From the NCBI GenBank assembly GCA_002633005.1, contig NMRA01000110.1, forward strand, positions 837,552-901,551: a DNA stretch of 64,000 nt, written 5' to 3'. The position numbers and the translations under genes were made by a program. Of the stretch, positions 23,750-37,289 are shown piece by piece. A model generated the notes under the pieces. That model worked only from the letters and a program-made list of their open reading frames with translations. It did not search any database and was not told the origin of the DNA. Within the stretch, counting starts at the first letter, position 1. The number at the start of each line of letters is the position of its first letter. This DNA is from Phoronis australis (taxonomy: Eukaryota; Animalia; Phoronida).

Positions 23750-26260
23750 GTAAATAAAATGCTATTTAATCTTGTTTGGCAAAGCTCTAGGGATAAGACT
23801 AGACACAACATTGCTTGTTTAGATTATGCCAAATACGGCTTAATAATGGTTCATATAAAAATTTCTGCCTTGCTTTAAAGATAAGAAGATTTAAAAATGC
23901 ATTTAGAGCATTCCCAAAACAGGCTGTTTATTGGCTATAAATTGCCAATAGTACCAATTTGATTAGTTTTGGTTTTGATACATGTATAGTCAATTTGTTT
24001 CAGTACTTAAACCTCCGGCCCATACAGTATACAATTATAAAAGTAACTAATACATGCCCGTAATTTGGTTGACATCATACAGACTATTAAATTCACAACG
24101 CACAATTCAACTTGGTGAATGAAACGAGTTCCAAACGTTGCAGTTTTTCATCAAATAAAGAAAGAGATCATCATCAAAGTTATTAAAATTAAGAAAAATA
24201 TAAAACTTTTTCCTAAGATATTTGTAGTTTGGACACTCTAATAAAACGTGTTTTTCATTATCCAACAACGTCAGAAAAAACAGGGCAAAAACGCTGATGT
24301 TTAGCTGTACCCAACTGTTTGCTACTTTCGATTTTTAGTTGATGATTTGAACATTTAAGACGTGCAAGAGTTGCGATGAAATGTTTTTTGTTTAGACATC
24401 TTGTATTTTTTTCTTTAAACTACCTATAAGAATTTAATTTACTAAGTGATGACATTTCGTCCTGCCGTTACTGTTCGTCTATGTCTTTACACCTTTGTCT
24501 CGACATTCTCGACATTTGGGCCTCCGCAAAAACCCCACACTGCCGAACCAAACACAACAGTAAGACATTTTGGTATCGAAGAATTGAGACCAAACACTTT
24601 CGAATTGTGACATTTACGTTTTCAACAAAAACAAGGATTTTTCAGCCTTATCAGCTATTTTTCACTGAGTTTTTGTCCAGATACAGTAGTAAAATAAGTA
24701 CCGAGATATTGTAACTAACCTCAACACTGATTTGTTCTCTATTAATGAACTATTTTTATAATTACTTAAGTATCCTCCTTTTCTGAATACCACAATTATG
24801 GTTATTGACAAGTAAATAACTAGTTTCACCTTTTTACATTATACTTCATGTTTCTTAATCAGCCGGTGCAATTCAATGGCTGTTTTACAGATTACAACTA
24901 GATCATGTGAAAATAGCAAGCAGTACAACTTAAACATACCTAACGACACACCGGCATCGTACGACATCATTTAAATATACATGTATCGAGAATAGAAAGG
25001 GTGAAAGCTGACGGCCAACTTCAAGTAATGTTTCACACAATTTTTCATACCGTTTACCTGATAAAGTATAGCCGATCAATTATTTCTTATACTTCATCTC
25101 CATGTCTGGTCAAATGCCTTTTTAACATAAATGAAAAGACAATAAAAGCGGCCTCCGGTGAACGACAAGTAATTGGTAATTAGGGTTTATAAAATGAACA
25201 TGTTGTCTACGGTGGAATAACCTTTTCGGAATCATGGTTGACAATCCGATAGGGTTTCATTTTTCTGCCCGTTTGTTCTAGTGATTTCAGAGTATCTTAG
25301 AAAACATTTGCCTGCCACGTCATAAAGAGTGATATCACGACAGTTATATGAATCATTCTTTGACCCATTCTTAAACAATTACATGTATATGTATGATGTT
25401 ATCACACCTCTACACATCTGGCTGGGGTAGACACCAGAGTTAAACACAGGAGCGAACAGACGCAACAGTAAGTGTTTCACCAAGGGAGTTGCATACTTGT
25501 AGGAATCAAAACGAATCCCGTCGGGACCAGCAGCTTTCAGATCTTCATTTGATTTAACGATCAAGTTCTTCCATCACGATTCCACCTTTCAAATTGGAAT
25601 TACTGCCATAATCTTCCGGAAAGCAGTGTCTTTGCACAACGTCAGGAACATATGTAATGGTGAAACTCCATAAAACAGTCATCATGTTCTCCAACAATAT
25701 TGGTAAAGACACCCTTAAAACTTTCGAACAAGTCACTAGCCTTATTTTCATCCGAACGTCTATTACTATTCGGTTTAAGAGAAGACCAAAACTTCCTTTC
25801 GTTTCTGTTTTTAAAACCAAAACAAAATCTCTAGTTAATTGTTCGGAAAACAATTTCTTCTTCCGAGCGCACATCGATTTGAAATATTTATGATTATCTT
25901 TATAAATTTGTAAAGAGATATGGCTATAATCCTTCCGAAAAAATCTCAGAAATAATTAAGTTTCCTGCTTCAGTTGTTTGTTCAGTTTTAGTCAAACCAC
26001 CTTTTTTTAGGTCATCTGTGTTGGGTTTGAATCATTCCGCCACATTCCCACAGATTCTTATTGTGTTATACAAGACACCGACTGCTTCCATGACCCCGTC
26101 CTCCATTAAATAATTCTCAACTTCACCGACAATTTCCTCTGTTAATTTTGAGTTGAGCAATTCTACAAAATTATTCTGATCTTTCCATCTTAACTGTGGT
26201 AGATATGTGTCATTGGTTAGAGTAACCTGCAGCTCTTCCCCATGTATTAACAGGTTTTTC
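23750..26260 (-). mobile_element. Degraded RTE-X/CR1-type LINE fragments
   Basis: KAAGPDGI, CRGVIT, NCRDITL, FRKGYSTVDN-like RT motifs; LLECP..Y..LRKK C-terminus; GGGCCGGAGG tail at ~24010-24020. Confidence 0.7.
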
Positions 26261-26399
26261 TATGTAGACTGACTTGATACTATCATGAGAAAAATTTGGA
26301 AATCGAGGCAAGAGCTTTCTTTTTAAACATTGATATCAAAATGAAATTAGATTTGTTAAAGATTGTTTTCTACTTTTGAGTTATTAAACTATTACCATG

Positions 26400-26800
26400 T
26401 TACCCACGTGCTGCAAATAAAATTTTTTTTTTTTAGAATATTCAAGTATGTGTGCAGCCTTGGAAAGACGGTTATAGCTAGTAACAGTATGTTGCATATT
26501 GCTTATCCCAAATAAATTGTAGAACTAAGTTAAGATAACAAAGGTCGTCATGATATCGATCATACATGTACATTCAATGATGTTACACACCATGTTTCTA
26601 AAGGCCATTGTACAATTCGTTTTTTGGGACAAAGCATCTAAGTACAATGATTTATGTTCTTTTTGCAAAACTGCACCAGAGTCTTCACAACACTTTTTTG
26701 AGAATGACCCATCGTTAAACATTTCTGGAACACACTTTGCTCATTCTTTGATGAATTGTACCAGAAGGGCACTACTGCCAAAATAAGTATACAAAAGTTG
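26400..26800 (+). mobile_element. 3' fragment of L1/Tx1-like LINE (zinc-finger region)
   Basis: NDLCSFCKTAPESSQHFF (zf-RVT-like). Confidence 0.55.
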
Positions 26801-27289
26801 TTCGCGAGAGAGTAACAGATTTTACGAAGCAACAACAATCTCTGAAACAAACCTCGTCTCAAGTCGATGAAGCACCAGTTGCAGCACAAGCCAAGCGAGA
26901 CTGTTTGAGTGTTAGTAGTCACTGTTGTGAGTGACTTTATAAATTCACATGACTCAATTTAATCACGGTAGTATCACAAGAGTAGCAAACAACTTCATCA
27001 CCTACCCTGGAAAACACTGCTGCGCCATCAACAAATTACAAAGATCGGACTCGAATCAGTTTCCCTACATGTATTGGACATGTCCGGATATTAGTTAACG
27101 CGCAAAGCCTTATGTAATTGATAGGCGTCAGACCCGTAGCCAGCATTGCGCGGGGAGTGATTCGAATTTCCAGAACGATGGACCTTTTTAATTTTGCAAA
27201 CGTCGATACTGTAGAGTTCTCGGTAAGGCCCTTGCCGTAGCTTACATAGGGAGCTCTCAGCTCTACGTTCCTGAAATAAGACCAAATTT

Positions 27290-28470
27290 GTATTCCCAGA
27301 AATCAAGATGCCGCAACGCTTGATCGCAAAGATCTCTACTCAAATTTCGATGTGGTGTGGCCCTGAAAGTATCGCGGGCCGTACGTGTGAATGTGTCGCG
27401 CGTAATTACGACCGAGAATTCGCTTGTATTTTACGACCGAAATCATTATCTTTAAGGAAAAACCGTTTTGTTTGTTACGTGAGCTCTGAGGCAGTTGTGC
27501 CCTCGTAATTTTACACTCACATTTTTCGCTCTTAGTTTTACGTTCGTAATTTAACGTTAGTGTTTTTCGCATGTTATGAAGTATTCAGAAGGTAAAATAT
27601 CAGGTGCAAAGTGTATAAGTGCAAAAGGTCGAATATATCAAAGACTGCCTGAAATGTTTTACCTGCTGGCCTAACCAACCCAGGTACTTGAAAAATAGTC
27701 CGTTCTAGTTGTTATTGATGAGCCAAAATGGATATATAGCAGGTTGTCTGACAATGCCTTTATATCATTTGTTGAAATAGCCTTGCTTTGCATTTATTTA
27801 GACAATGTTTCATTCTGTTACTCTTAACAATGCGTGCAGATGACATATGCCATTGTAAAAAAACAGATTTCAAAAAGATTTTTATGGAGTTATGCAGTAG
27901 AATTTCTAAATGTTGGCGGTAAATCTCTTTTTCTTCAAGATATTTGAATAACAAACAGTTTGCATAACAAAAACAGTGTCAACTGCATATCAATTTAATG
28001 GCTGGTGGTCTCGTGGACTCGTACTTTAACATAACAAATATACTTGATAAAATTATTATCGAAAATTACGAGCGTAAAACTTTTTTACAGCTCACGTGAC
28101 ATACACACCAATTTGGATCTTAAAACACGAGCGAAGCTTCTATCGTAAGGCTTGTAATTACGTGAAAAACACGAGCGAAGTGTTGGTTGTAATCACGAGC
28201 GTAATCATGGACGAAAGATTTCTGTCTTATAACACGAGCTAAGTCTCGCTCGTGATCGAGAGCGTACTTGTACATGTAACTATGGGCGAACAATTTCGAT
28301 CGTAAAACACGAGCCAAATCTTGGTCTTGAGTACGAGCAAAATTACGCGCGACATTTTCACCAGAGCGATACACGATAAGAAAGAGAATTTTCTCGCTTT
28401 ACCTATTGCCAAACTTTCAAATCAGTCGTGCTTAAATGAGGTGTTACACCTCATTGCATTCTGGGACAGA
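27290..28470. mobile_element. Putative non-autonomous TIR element with ACGAGCG-type internal repeats
   Basis: Imperfect inverted termini TCCCAGAA.. / ..TTCTGGGA; degenerate ACACGAGC(G)AA tandem units at 28060-28380 and related motifs at 27400-27550. Confidence 0.4.
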
Positions 28471-28559
28471 AATATTTTGTAGGGGAATGACTTGACGTAA
28501 GTGCTTATCTGTACATATATTTGTGTGTTATTACATGTACGTTTCTTACATCGCTGGAA

Positions 28560-28650
28560 TTCGGAACAGCCCACTATTCCGAAGATCACTACTCCGAAGG
28601 TTCACTGTTCCAAGGTTCACTACTTCGTGGGCTCATTACTCCGAAAATTT
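28560..28650 (+). repeat. Second copy of the CACTACTCCGAAG subterminal repeat array
   Basis: CCCACTATTCCGAAGATCACTACTCCGAAGGTTCACT..., matching 13300-13410. Confidence 0.7.
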
Positions 28651-29499
28651 AATGACTTCAAAAATATCTAAAATTTTGGACACATGTGTAATATTTTATG
28701 CATTTGCATGGAAAATTAACTACACTTCGATTATTAGATGCACTCAGTGTTGTAGCTGTACCGAAAACAACACCCGGGTAATAAAAAGTTTTATTTGGAC
28801 TTCTGGGTCCAGTTGCATAAAAGTTATACGCCGTGTAGCAACAATGATGTCGCATTATCACCTGTCACGTTGTTATTGTTGAATAATGCACCTGACGTCA
28901 TGCAACAATCAAACTTATCCAGCGGATAACTTTTGAAGCTTTATGCAACTCAGCCCAGGCGCATGCGAAGTTGCCGACATGCCTTAGAATACGGAAAATG
29001 AGTACGAACTTGCATTCCTAAAAAAAGAATGAAGGAATATTGATAAATTATCAACCACGATGTATTTATCAAATCCATGTCAAGGTGGCATCATTTCACA
29101 GCGTGACTGAAAGGTTGAGGGCCGCTTCGCCTCAAACTCACCCACCGGAATCACGAGCATGGCTTTACAGAAACTCAGTGTAGTTATTAGGCTACCTTGT
29201 TCCTGCCAGTCTTAACAAAATCAGAGAGTCTAATTCAGTCTTATACAATTTAATACCTCCGTTGGTGGCCGCAGCCCTGACCCTCACCCTAGATGTTTTC
29301 CCAGCTTGATAATGAGTCGTTACCTAGATTCAAAAACCAAGAATCATGACAGTCAGTAATCGGAATTGACCTCATTTGTAAACAATGTAGAGAGTACGCT
29401 AACGGGAATGTACATAATAATTTCATATTTTTTATTATTTGCTTTATATTATATACTCCTTCAGAATATACCATACATGTATACAGTAACACTGAATTT

Positions 29500-29901
29500 G
29501 TTTAGCTAACAGTTGTTTTTTCAAACTGTATTTACTGGTGAAATTACAGTTTCGTCGGTTCCTCGCACTCTGCAATTCAATGAATAGCAGACGAGACGAT
29601 TACGTTCTGCCGGGAACGATATTTGTAAGGTTGGTACGTGCAGGTCTTTGATTTGATTTGGTCGCGTTGTTTTTATTCTGTTTTTGTCTTTCAAACTTGC
29701 TGAATCGACTGCCTAAATTTGCAAAAAAGGAAAAGCCAGCCGAGCTCACGGCCCTACTCTTTGGTCCTACAAGTCAGCACGTGTTCTATGTTCAGATCGA
29801 TGCCAGCTACTGTATAGACTTAGTCGAGAGGTTCGAGGGTCGTGAATCGAGGGGTTGTGGCACGTGGGTCGAGGGGGTCGAGGGTGTTTCAAAAACAATC
29901 C
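29500..29901 (-). mobile_element. Partial copy of the Mutator-like element family (13721-14546)
   Basis: Reverse-complement similarity to 13721-14100, ending in TIR GAGGGTGTTTCAAAAACAATCC. Confidence 0.8.
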
Positions 29902-29949
29902 TTACTGTTGGGACTATGATGTCATCACTATCCTCTGCCGATATCGGGG

Positions 29950-30660
29950 CATCAGGGCCGAAGTCAAACGTTGCTGGCTGTTAAACTAAACAAGATCGCA
30001 TAATTAGGCAAAGTGTCTTTCAAAGTTTATTGCAACAGAGAGAGAGATGGAAACGCGCTGAAAGAATTCAAAGCTTATAGTGTTTGCCATGTTATGATTA
30101 TGACAACTTACTGCTCCAAAGTATTCGTCAGGCACAACACTCTGTTCCCCAGCTACGGAAATCATTCCTCGACTGAACAACTGCAGTGGTGTTTTAGTGT
30201 GAGCTGTGCTGATTTCATAGTTGTTCCACATGTTGACAAACAAGTCCAATTTCCTGCTGATCCTGGGCAAGACAACTTGGTGAACCGCTACCAATGCCAA
30301 TTCATCATCCGATTTCCGGTGATGTGTGCCTCTAGATGGCAGAAGATGCCTCGAAACTGCTCTAAGTCAACTACTCAACATCTCTCCAAAGCCTTTGAAT
30401 CCGAAAGTTGTGCTCTGATCGAGCACTTTTAACGAACCTTGACTTGATCCGCTCAAGGGATGCGAGAGCATAAAATTGGCCACATCGCAGTTATCCACAT
30501 CCTTGTCGGCAAGAACTCTTACAGGAAGATCCCACTTGTGGACGGCCCAGTTTAACTGACCCAGGATGGTTTGTAATAGGTTGTTCGTGACACAGTACAA
30601 ACAAACAACCACGCGACTGTAACCATCAATACCACAATACATAGCAGGTCTAGGACCATC
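29950..30660 (-). pseudogene. Degraded integrase-core (IS3EU-type) DDE transposase
   Basis: GIDGYSRVVVCLYCVTNN...AVHKWDLPVRVLADKDVDNCDVANFMLSHPLSG..QGS and ALVAVHQVVLPRISRKLDLFVNMWN..ISTAHTKTPLQLF. Confidence 0.65.
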
Positions 30661-31164
30661 CTGGTTGTTGCAGTAGGAATTTGAGCAAATCGATGACTTC
30701 ATTTGCAGAGTGCAGACAAAGACGAAGAGCTGTGGTTTAGCATATGGTACGAGGAATGGCTAAGTCACCTTCAGCTGAATAAATCCACCAAATGGCCTGG
30801 AGCAAGGCGAGAACTGATATGCAAGGAAAGCGACATGAAGCAATTGCTTGCGTACAAGATTATCAAGCCATAATGCAAAGCACGTCGACTGTTCAGCAGC
30901 AAGCAAACACATCTATGAATGATGTTCAAAAGAAACGCCTCACTTGCAAGTACTGCATTACTAACCGCCCTAACTGAAACAGTAGTATAGTATGTCATTT
31001 AGGCGCCCTGTTTGGGAGGCTCCTCGGACAAAGGTCATAGATCAAAGGGGAAAGGTCAAAGGTAAAGTGTGGCGAGTGCAACCGGATTTGACGTCGTCAT
31101 CAACCTACCTGAAGGAAGTGTCAATGACGTCACACCTCATTACGTAATAGTTTAAATGGGCCCA

Positions 31165-33852
31165 TTAGAGTGGCACCAAGGATTTCAGTAGAATAGGAGA
31201 GTTCACTCATGAGTTCGCTGTTACCTCTACTACTAGCGCCGCCAAGTGGTGACTAAGCAACTGTCAACCAGGAAGCGCCAAAACAATGGGGAAGGACGCA
31301 TTTTGCTGTGCGATGAATTGTATGAATTCATCCACGAAAACCCGGACGTGTCATTTTTAGGTTTCCTAAGGATCCAGAAAGTTAAGGATTATCTGTTATT
31401 TGCATTCATTTCGTGGTTTCTGTTCACGGTTGTTAGACAAGTCGATCGCAGACTCATTGGCACTGTTGTCTGCAGTGTAGGCTACGCCTACTGTACAGCC
31501 GGGCTGCCCGCGGAAGGACTATGATGAACGTACGATGTGATCGTCAGCTTTTGGGTACTTGCAGTCCATGAATTCCAAATCAAAATGTCACCCGTACGAT
31601 CGAAGAGATAATTTTAGGAAAATATACAAATGCCCATGACCATGGGTAATATGGTTGGTGACACGGCCATGGCACAATCACAGCAACAGGGCCACAAGTC
31701 TGTCATGAGTCAAGTTAGAGAATCTGTGGGTCTCGGTGAAAAGGTGAAAAAATCAACATAGTTTTAATGTGCCAGTTTGACCAATTAAGTTAAGCAGTGC
31801 GTCATTGAAAACTTAATTCTATATGTCAATGATGCCGGGGCGCGGCCCTGTTAAAATATCACTGGATCGACATTTGAGTCCGAGTTTTTCAATTGACACC
31901 GAAACGCTTTTGTGTCTATCACAGTCAAGGATGACAGGAATTCTGTACTGTAGTGTTAGTGTAGGCTACCAGTCTTCTGTGAACCTAGTGAGTATGAGGT
32001 TTGTTCCTGAGTCTCTCACATAAGTCATTGATTTCTGTTCAGGTGCAAGCAATGGTAGTTGACCTTATGGATAGAGATGCAGCCTACATGTATTTGTCCA
32101 AGAACTGCAAGTTATGCTCTCATCACTTCGAGGAGTCCATGTTCATGAATGAAGAACAAGCTGGAATTGACTGCAGTGCCCGAACAATATTTGATGTACC
32201 GAATCCACCAAAAATGAAAATGCCAGGGTCAAAAAGTTCTCCGGAAATTACATGTATATTGCAGCTATGGAATAGGCTTTTTTTCATTTCTGATTATGTC
32301 TCACAAAGCAAGTACTGGAACATCACGTGTAGAAAGGACAATTAGTCAAAAATCTGGTTTTCGTATTTTACCAAGGTTGATCAGATTGAAACATTTATGA
32401 ATGGTTAGCCTGTGATTTGGAGAGAGCCAAAGTGAAACTGCTGGATAATTCAGAGTGTGAATGGTTGGCTGAAATTTTGTTAAACCCAAGCTATCCGTAT
32501 CATTTAATTACTTTCGATGACAAACACCTCTGTGAGTAAATTATTTTCAGCTTTATTTATAACGCATTTCTTTGTAGAAAAGTGCTGTTGTTTACTAGTG
32601 AATTAAAAGAGTGACAAGGTGGGTCAGATTTTCTTGTTGTATTGATTGGTGTATGCGTTGCCTATTTTGTACGTTTTTGGAGTTGTGGCTAGGAATCAGA
32701 TGTGATCTTGTGGTCTGGCTTTAACTTACATGAAATATTTACTGTTATTGATAATAGGAACAGTGGGTATATAAAATAAAATTTTGGTTTTGTCATCCAA
32801 GTCTACTTAATTCAGTTTTTTGTGAAGTTATGTGGGTAGTGAATATTTTGATTGCTGTTCAGTACCTCTTAATTTTTTGTCATGACATGTTGAACTTTTA
32901 CTAGTTATAATTGATGATATACTCAATGTTACTACGTTTTGTAAGTTGTGAGCTATTCTATAGATTAGCAACTGACTTGTAACTGTTGGTGAGGAGAGTG
33001 GGATTGAGTTTACCCTATACTGGCATGTCTAAGAAATAATGGAATGTTCTAAAATTGTATTACGATTTTGTGGTAGTGATGAATTGCCTTGCTTTCTTCT
33101 TCTCACTTGTGTAACACCCACTGCACAAAATAATTGTCCGCATTGCCAGTAGCCTGGTGCATTGAATAGGGAGCACATGCGAAATTGTTGGGTGGAGATG
33201 AATCCAGCAGTGAGCTGGGAGCAACATGTTGGTCAATTGTCAGGGAAGCAACCAAATTGTGTGAGGGGCTTAACACCCATGTGGCATACACACGCATTGA
33301 TTTTACCTGTTTAGCACTCCTCCCATTCAACCCCCCTGGGAGGGGGTCAACACCCATTTGGCGCCCACCTGCAGTGGTTTTTGCCTGGTAGCCCCTTAGC
33401 TGGCACCTGGGGTTAATTCCCCTCTGAACCCCTAGGAGCAATCATTCAAATTATAGTCCATGGAGGTATGAACTGTTATATGGAACGATAATTACCTCGT
33501 TACGAACTCAAGCATGAAACAAAACCATGATGGATTTTGAAGGAAGCTTCAAGAGAATAAAAACAAATACCCTCTAATATGGATTAAAATTCACATTTTC
33601 TTTCTCATTCGATTGTATGTGGATGTTAGTTGATGTGTTCTAACCATTTTCAATCACAGAGAAATTTTATTGCGCCCTGAAAGTCATTAAAGTATGAATT
33701 TTTGAGTGTTTACAATGTTCAGACTGTGCTCCTTACTAAGTGTTGACTATTCACCGCTAGGAGCGCTAGTGTTTCGACCGGTAACACTTGCTGCGAATGG
33801 AAAATGGCGGAGTGAACCCTCCTGTACTAGTACACTCCTTTGGTGGCACCTC
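31165..33852 (+). mobile_element. THAP-domain-bearing TIR element (P-element-like, internally deleted)
   Basis: ~40-bp imperfect TIRs (GTGGCACCAAGG..AGGAGAGTTCACTC / GAGTGAACCCTCCT..CCTTTGGTGGCAC). Split THAP domain: CCAMNCMNSS..F.FPKDP (31286-31380) and CKQW...CKLCSHHFEESMF...TIFDVPNPP (32043-32220). Confidence 0.65.
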
Positions 33853-33912
33853 GATCGAAGGTCAGGGTCATGTTTGTAACCGGAATTGCTCGGTAAACCG
33901 GAAGAAAGACAA

Positions 33913-34062
33913 GGCATGCGTTCAGTAGACGCTAGGACCTACGCTAGGACCTATCTAAAGTCTAGTCAAGGTCATGTGTTCTCATTTAAAATACACGGCA
34001 ATATGTCACGTAAACTCGCGAAGTCTTGGTTTTTAGTGAGGTCCTAGCGTTACTGAACGGGA
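33913..34062. mobile_element. Small MITE
   Basis: CGTTCAGTAGACGCTAGGACCT ... AGGTCCTAGCGTTACTGAACG inverted termini. Confidence 0.55.
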
Positions 34063-35756
34063 GGAAGGTCTAATTCGAAATCACGTGACTGCTTACGTAA
34101 TCAGGCAGGTTAAGGCGTGGCACCGTTCATCAAAACTTATGTAATCAATCGGGTTAATTGATGGAGCACGTGTCTAGTACGAGACAGAGGGAAATATAGA
34201 GCGGAAGAAAACTTATGTAAGAAAACTTTTGTTATCGAATACGTTAATTTATGTGACCCCAGGTCACACCACCACATAAATACACAGTACACTTGTATAA
34301 AGAAATCGGCAACACGCTCGTGGAAATGAAGCAAATTGGTTTCATAACCAAGTACGATTACGACAAAGGTTCACAGTGGGTCAACGCTCATGTATTCTCA
34401 CGTAAATCCAGTAGAGATTTAAGAGTCTGTCTGAACGCAAGAAAGACATGACTATAGAAAGAACTAACCAAAAATGCCCACATTGTACAATATTAGCTAT
34501 CAGCTGTAAGTATCGGTTGTGTACTCCAAACTAGAATCCAAACATGGAATATTGGTGTATTAAGCTGACCGCAAGAAGCAGTAAGATGTACACATTTTAT
34601 TCACCAGCCTGGAAAGTCACAACGCAGTCAAGAATATTACGACCGAACAACTCCCGAGCAATCCCAATAATTCCCAGGAATGAGAGTTTTGTTCAAAGAC
34701 GAAAACGATAAATTCCGGACATCAGCATTTGTCATAGAAAAATGTAAGGACCTCGTTCAAACATCATATCGACACCATGGGATGCAAAGCTGCAGCGTAA
34801 TAGAGATATCTCCCAACACTGTGGGCAAGTTTTTATTTATCCACTCATGCGACCTGGCGCGACGAAAAGAGTGCAGTTCAACTTACCAAGTGAGCCAAGC
34901 TTGGCGATCAGAAGAAAACCGAATGTTCTGTGGAACACTACTGACACTTTAAGCACGTCAACTACATTGGACTCCGTATACTTAAGCTATCTTACTTAAT
35001 TAGTATAAGATAGCTGGAACCTTGATCACACATATAGAGAGAGATATGTTACGATTTAAACTTGCTTTTAATTCTCTCTTCCTGTGGTCTCGAGACATGT
35101 GAAATTTTGTGAGTGCCAATAAGCTATTAAAATAAACTCCAAGCTTCTGATCACCACCCCAAAATAACATATTGCACAACAGCGTTCTCAATAACAATGT
35201 AAGTTTCTCATTAACACTGTTTTGTAAATTCATAACCTTTGTTGATTGCTGCAATTTTTACATTGTGCCAAAGTTTATTGGAAAGTTGCTGAGGTTAAGA
35301 GATTCGATAAAACAGTGTCAATGGCATACTGGTCTTGGGTGATGTAACCAGAGTGACGAAATGGACTGATACCAGGGATTTCTCCCAGGGGGCTCTTTCG
35401 GAAACATCCCTTCCACAAAGAACCCATTGAGGGGTGATTCGAAAAAAAGTGTTGGGGCTCTTTCGGAAACTTCTACCGTGAAATATCGTTGCAACGAGGT
35501 CTACAACGTTTACTCGCTTATAACGCTTCATTTCACAAGTCCCAAGTCAAAAGTTCCACATACAAATCCTTTCGTTTTGTGTGAACGTTTTGGCAGGTCC
35601 CAAAAAAATTCGTTGTAACGAAGTTTAACTACATGTCTGTCGCAGCGCCTTTATTCACCAATGGACATGTTGCAAGAGGAAAGCTTTACTTTGGTGATTT
35701 TTGCTTGAAAAGATGAAAAAAGTGTTAACATCTTGATCCAATTTCCACGTGCACCT

Positions 35757-36068
35757 CAGTGTCGGATTTAGGGGGGCAAGGGGGCCATGCCCCACAAAAA
35801 TTGTACCAGATACCATTTGGCATCCGGTTCGAAATGCTGACAAGGATTTGAGCGCGACCAAGGGCTCTCAGGGGGTGAGTAAACAATGCATAGGCCCTGA
35901 ACAAACCCCGGTTACCGTTTTTTTAGTCGAAAGGTCCGCAAACCCAAACATTCGAGATCCCTGCATCCCTACATTTTAGGCAGGGCCCGCGCATCTTCCA
36001 GAGTTCTGGTTATTCCTGTGCCCTGCCCCCCCCCCCCCCCCCAACTCAAAATCCTCGATCCGCCTCGG
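35757..36068. mobile_element. hAT-type MITE
   Basis: CAGTGTCGGATTTAGGGGGGC start and CCCC...GATCCGCC end, typical hAT non-autonomous termini. The TSD is not clean. Confidence 0.5.
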
Positions 36069-36734
36069 CACCAGCAATGCAATTAACGAAACCGAAAGAA
36101 GCCCCTTGGGGACTTCGACGGTCCTTTTTTTCAAAATAACCACATTGGAGCATTGATAGGAGAGGCTCTTTCGGAAATCCCCGGAACGAGGGCGATAATT
36201 CCACAAAAACCACGAGGGCACTAGATAATGGGGATAACGACTGAGAACATGTAATAATCTATTTTTACCACACACTGAAAGATAAACATCGCAGTGAATA
36301 GACCTACAGTATACCTTTCTAGAATTGACTCGGTTGACTACTTCCTATGCCCTAGTTATTCTTGCTAAAATAATGTTTTTACTCAAAACCTCTTGAAAAA
36401 TGAAATCAAATAAAAATAAAGGGAAGATGTAAAATAATTTTTCAACAGCTAATCTAGTTGGCTACAAATCTTATCAAGGTAGGCTTCTACCGTGAAAATA
36501 TCATCCGTTAAAATACGTCACTGGTTACTGAGTATAATGCCGAAGTCAAACGATCCCGACGACATGTTAGGCGTATTTAAATTGGCGATCGATGAGTTAG
36601 AAGTGGGAGAAAATGAGAGATAAATTCCACCGGGTTAGGGACGTCGTTTTAATTGAAAATGTGCTTCTTATTTTTCACAACGTATAAGTGTCGATACAGT
36701 GCCGTTTGTTGAACAAGCGATTATTGAGCCTCCT

Positions 36735-36880
36735 CATATAAGTATTCAATATTATTTTTGTTACAGTTTTGCCGCTGACCATCCCTTGCACCACGTGGTC
36801 ACAAGCATGTACTGTGACATTCTCTAAAGAGTATGTTCTTGAGAATGCCACATACAATTGACCACGTACAGCTAGTGCCT
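36735..36880 (-). mobile_element. Helitron PIF1 helicase C-terminal remnant
   Basis: GQLYVAFSRTYSLENVTV...QG...KTVTK.I matches helicase motif VI (GQLYVALSR) and the Helitron Rep/Hel end. Confidence 0.6.
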
Positions 36881-37289
36881 TAACCATATTCGTTATTTCA
36901 ACATTCACCCGCAATGTCAACTGAATTTGCAATGCGTTACTTAATTATCACTATTTCTTATTTTTTAAAGTACTTTCCTGTCCCTTGAGTCAAACTAGGT
37001 TAACGGTTCATTGTGATACACACCACGCGCCGGAGACTAGACTGATATCGAGAAACCAACTCCGAACTGGACAATACATGTCTAAATCGGGTCGGTGAAA
37101 ATCGAAACTGTGAAACACCAAAACACTCTCGAATTTAATGGAATTGGGTGAGGATTTATCTTTTTTCACCTCTTGCTGTGTTTGTGACCACAAAATCACA
37201 GACTGTCGCGGAGACTTGTTCTAAACGGTGGTATGCATGCAGATGCGCAACTCCTTTAATATCAAAATTGGCATTGTTTTCATTTTCTA

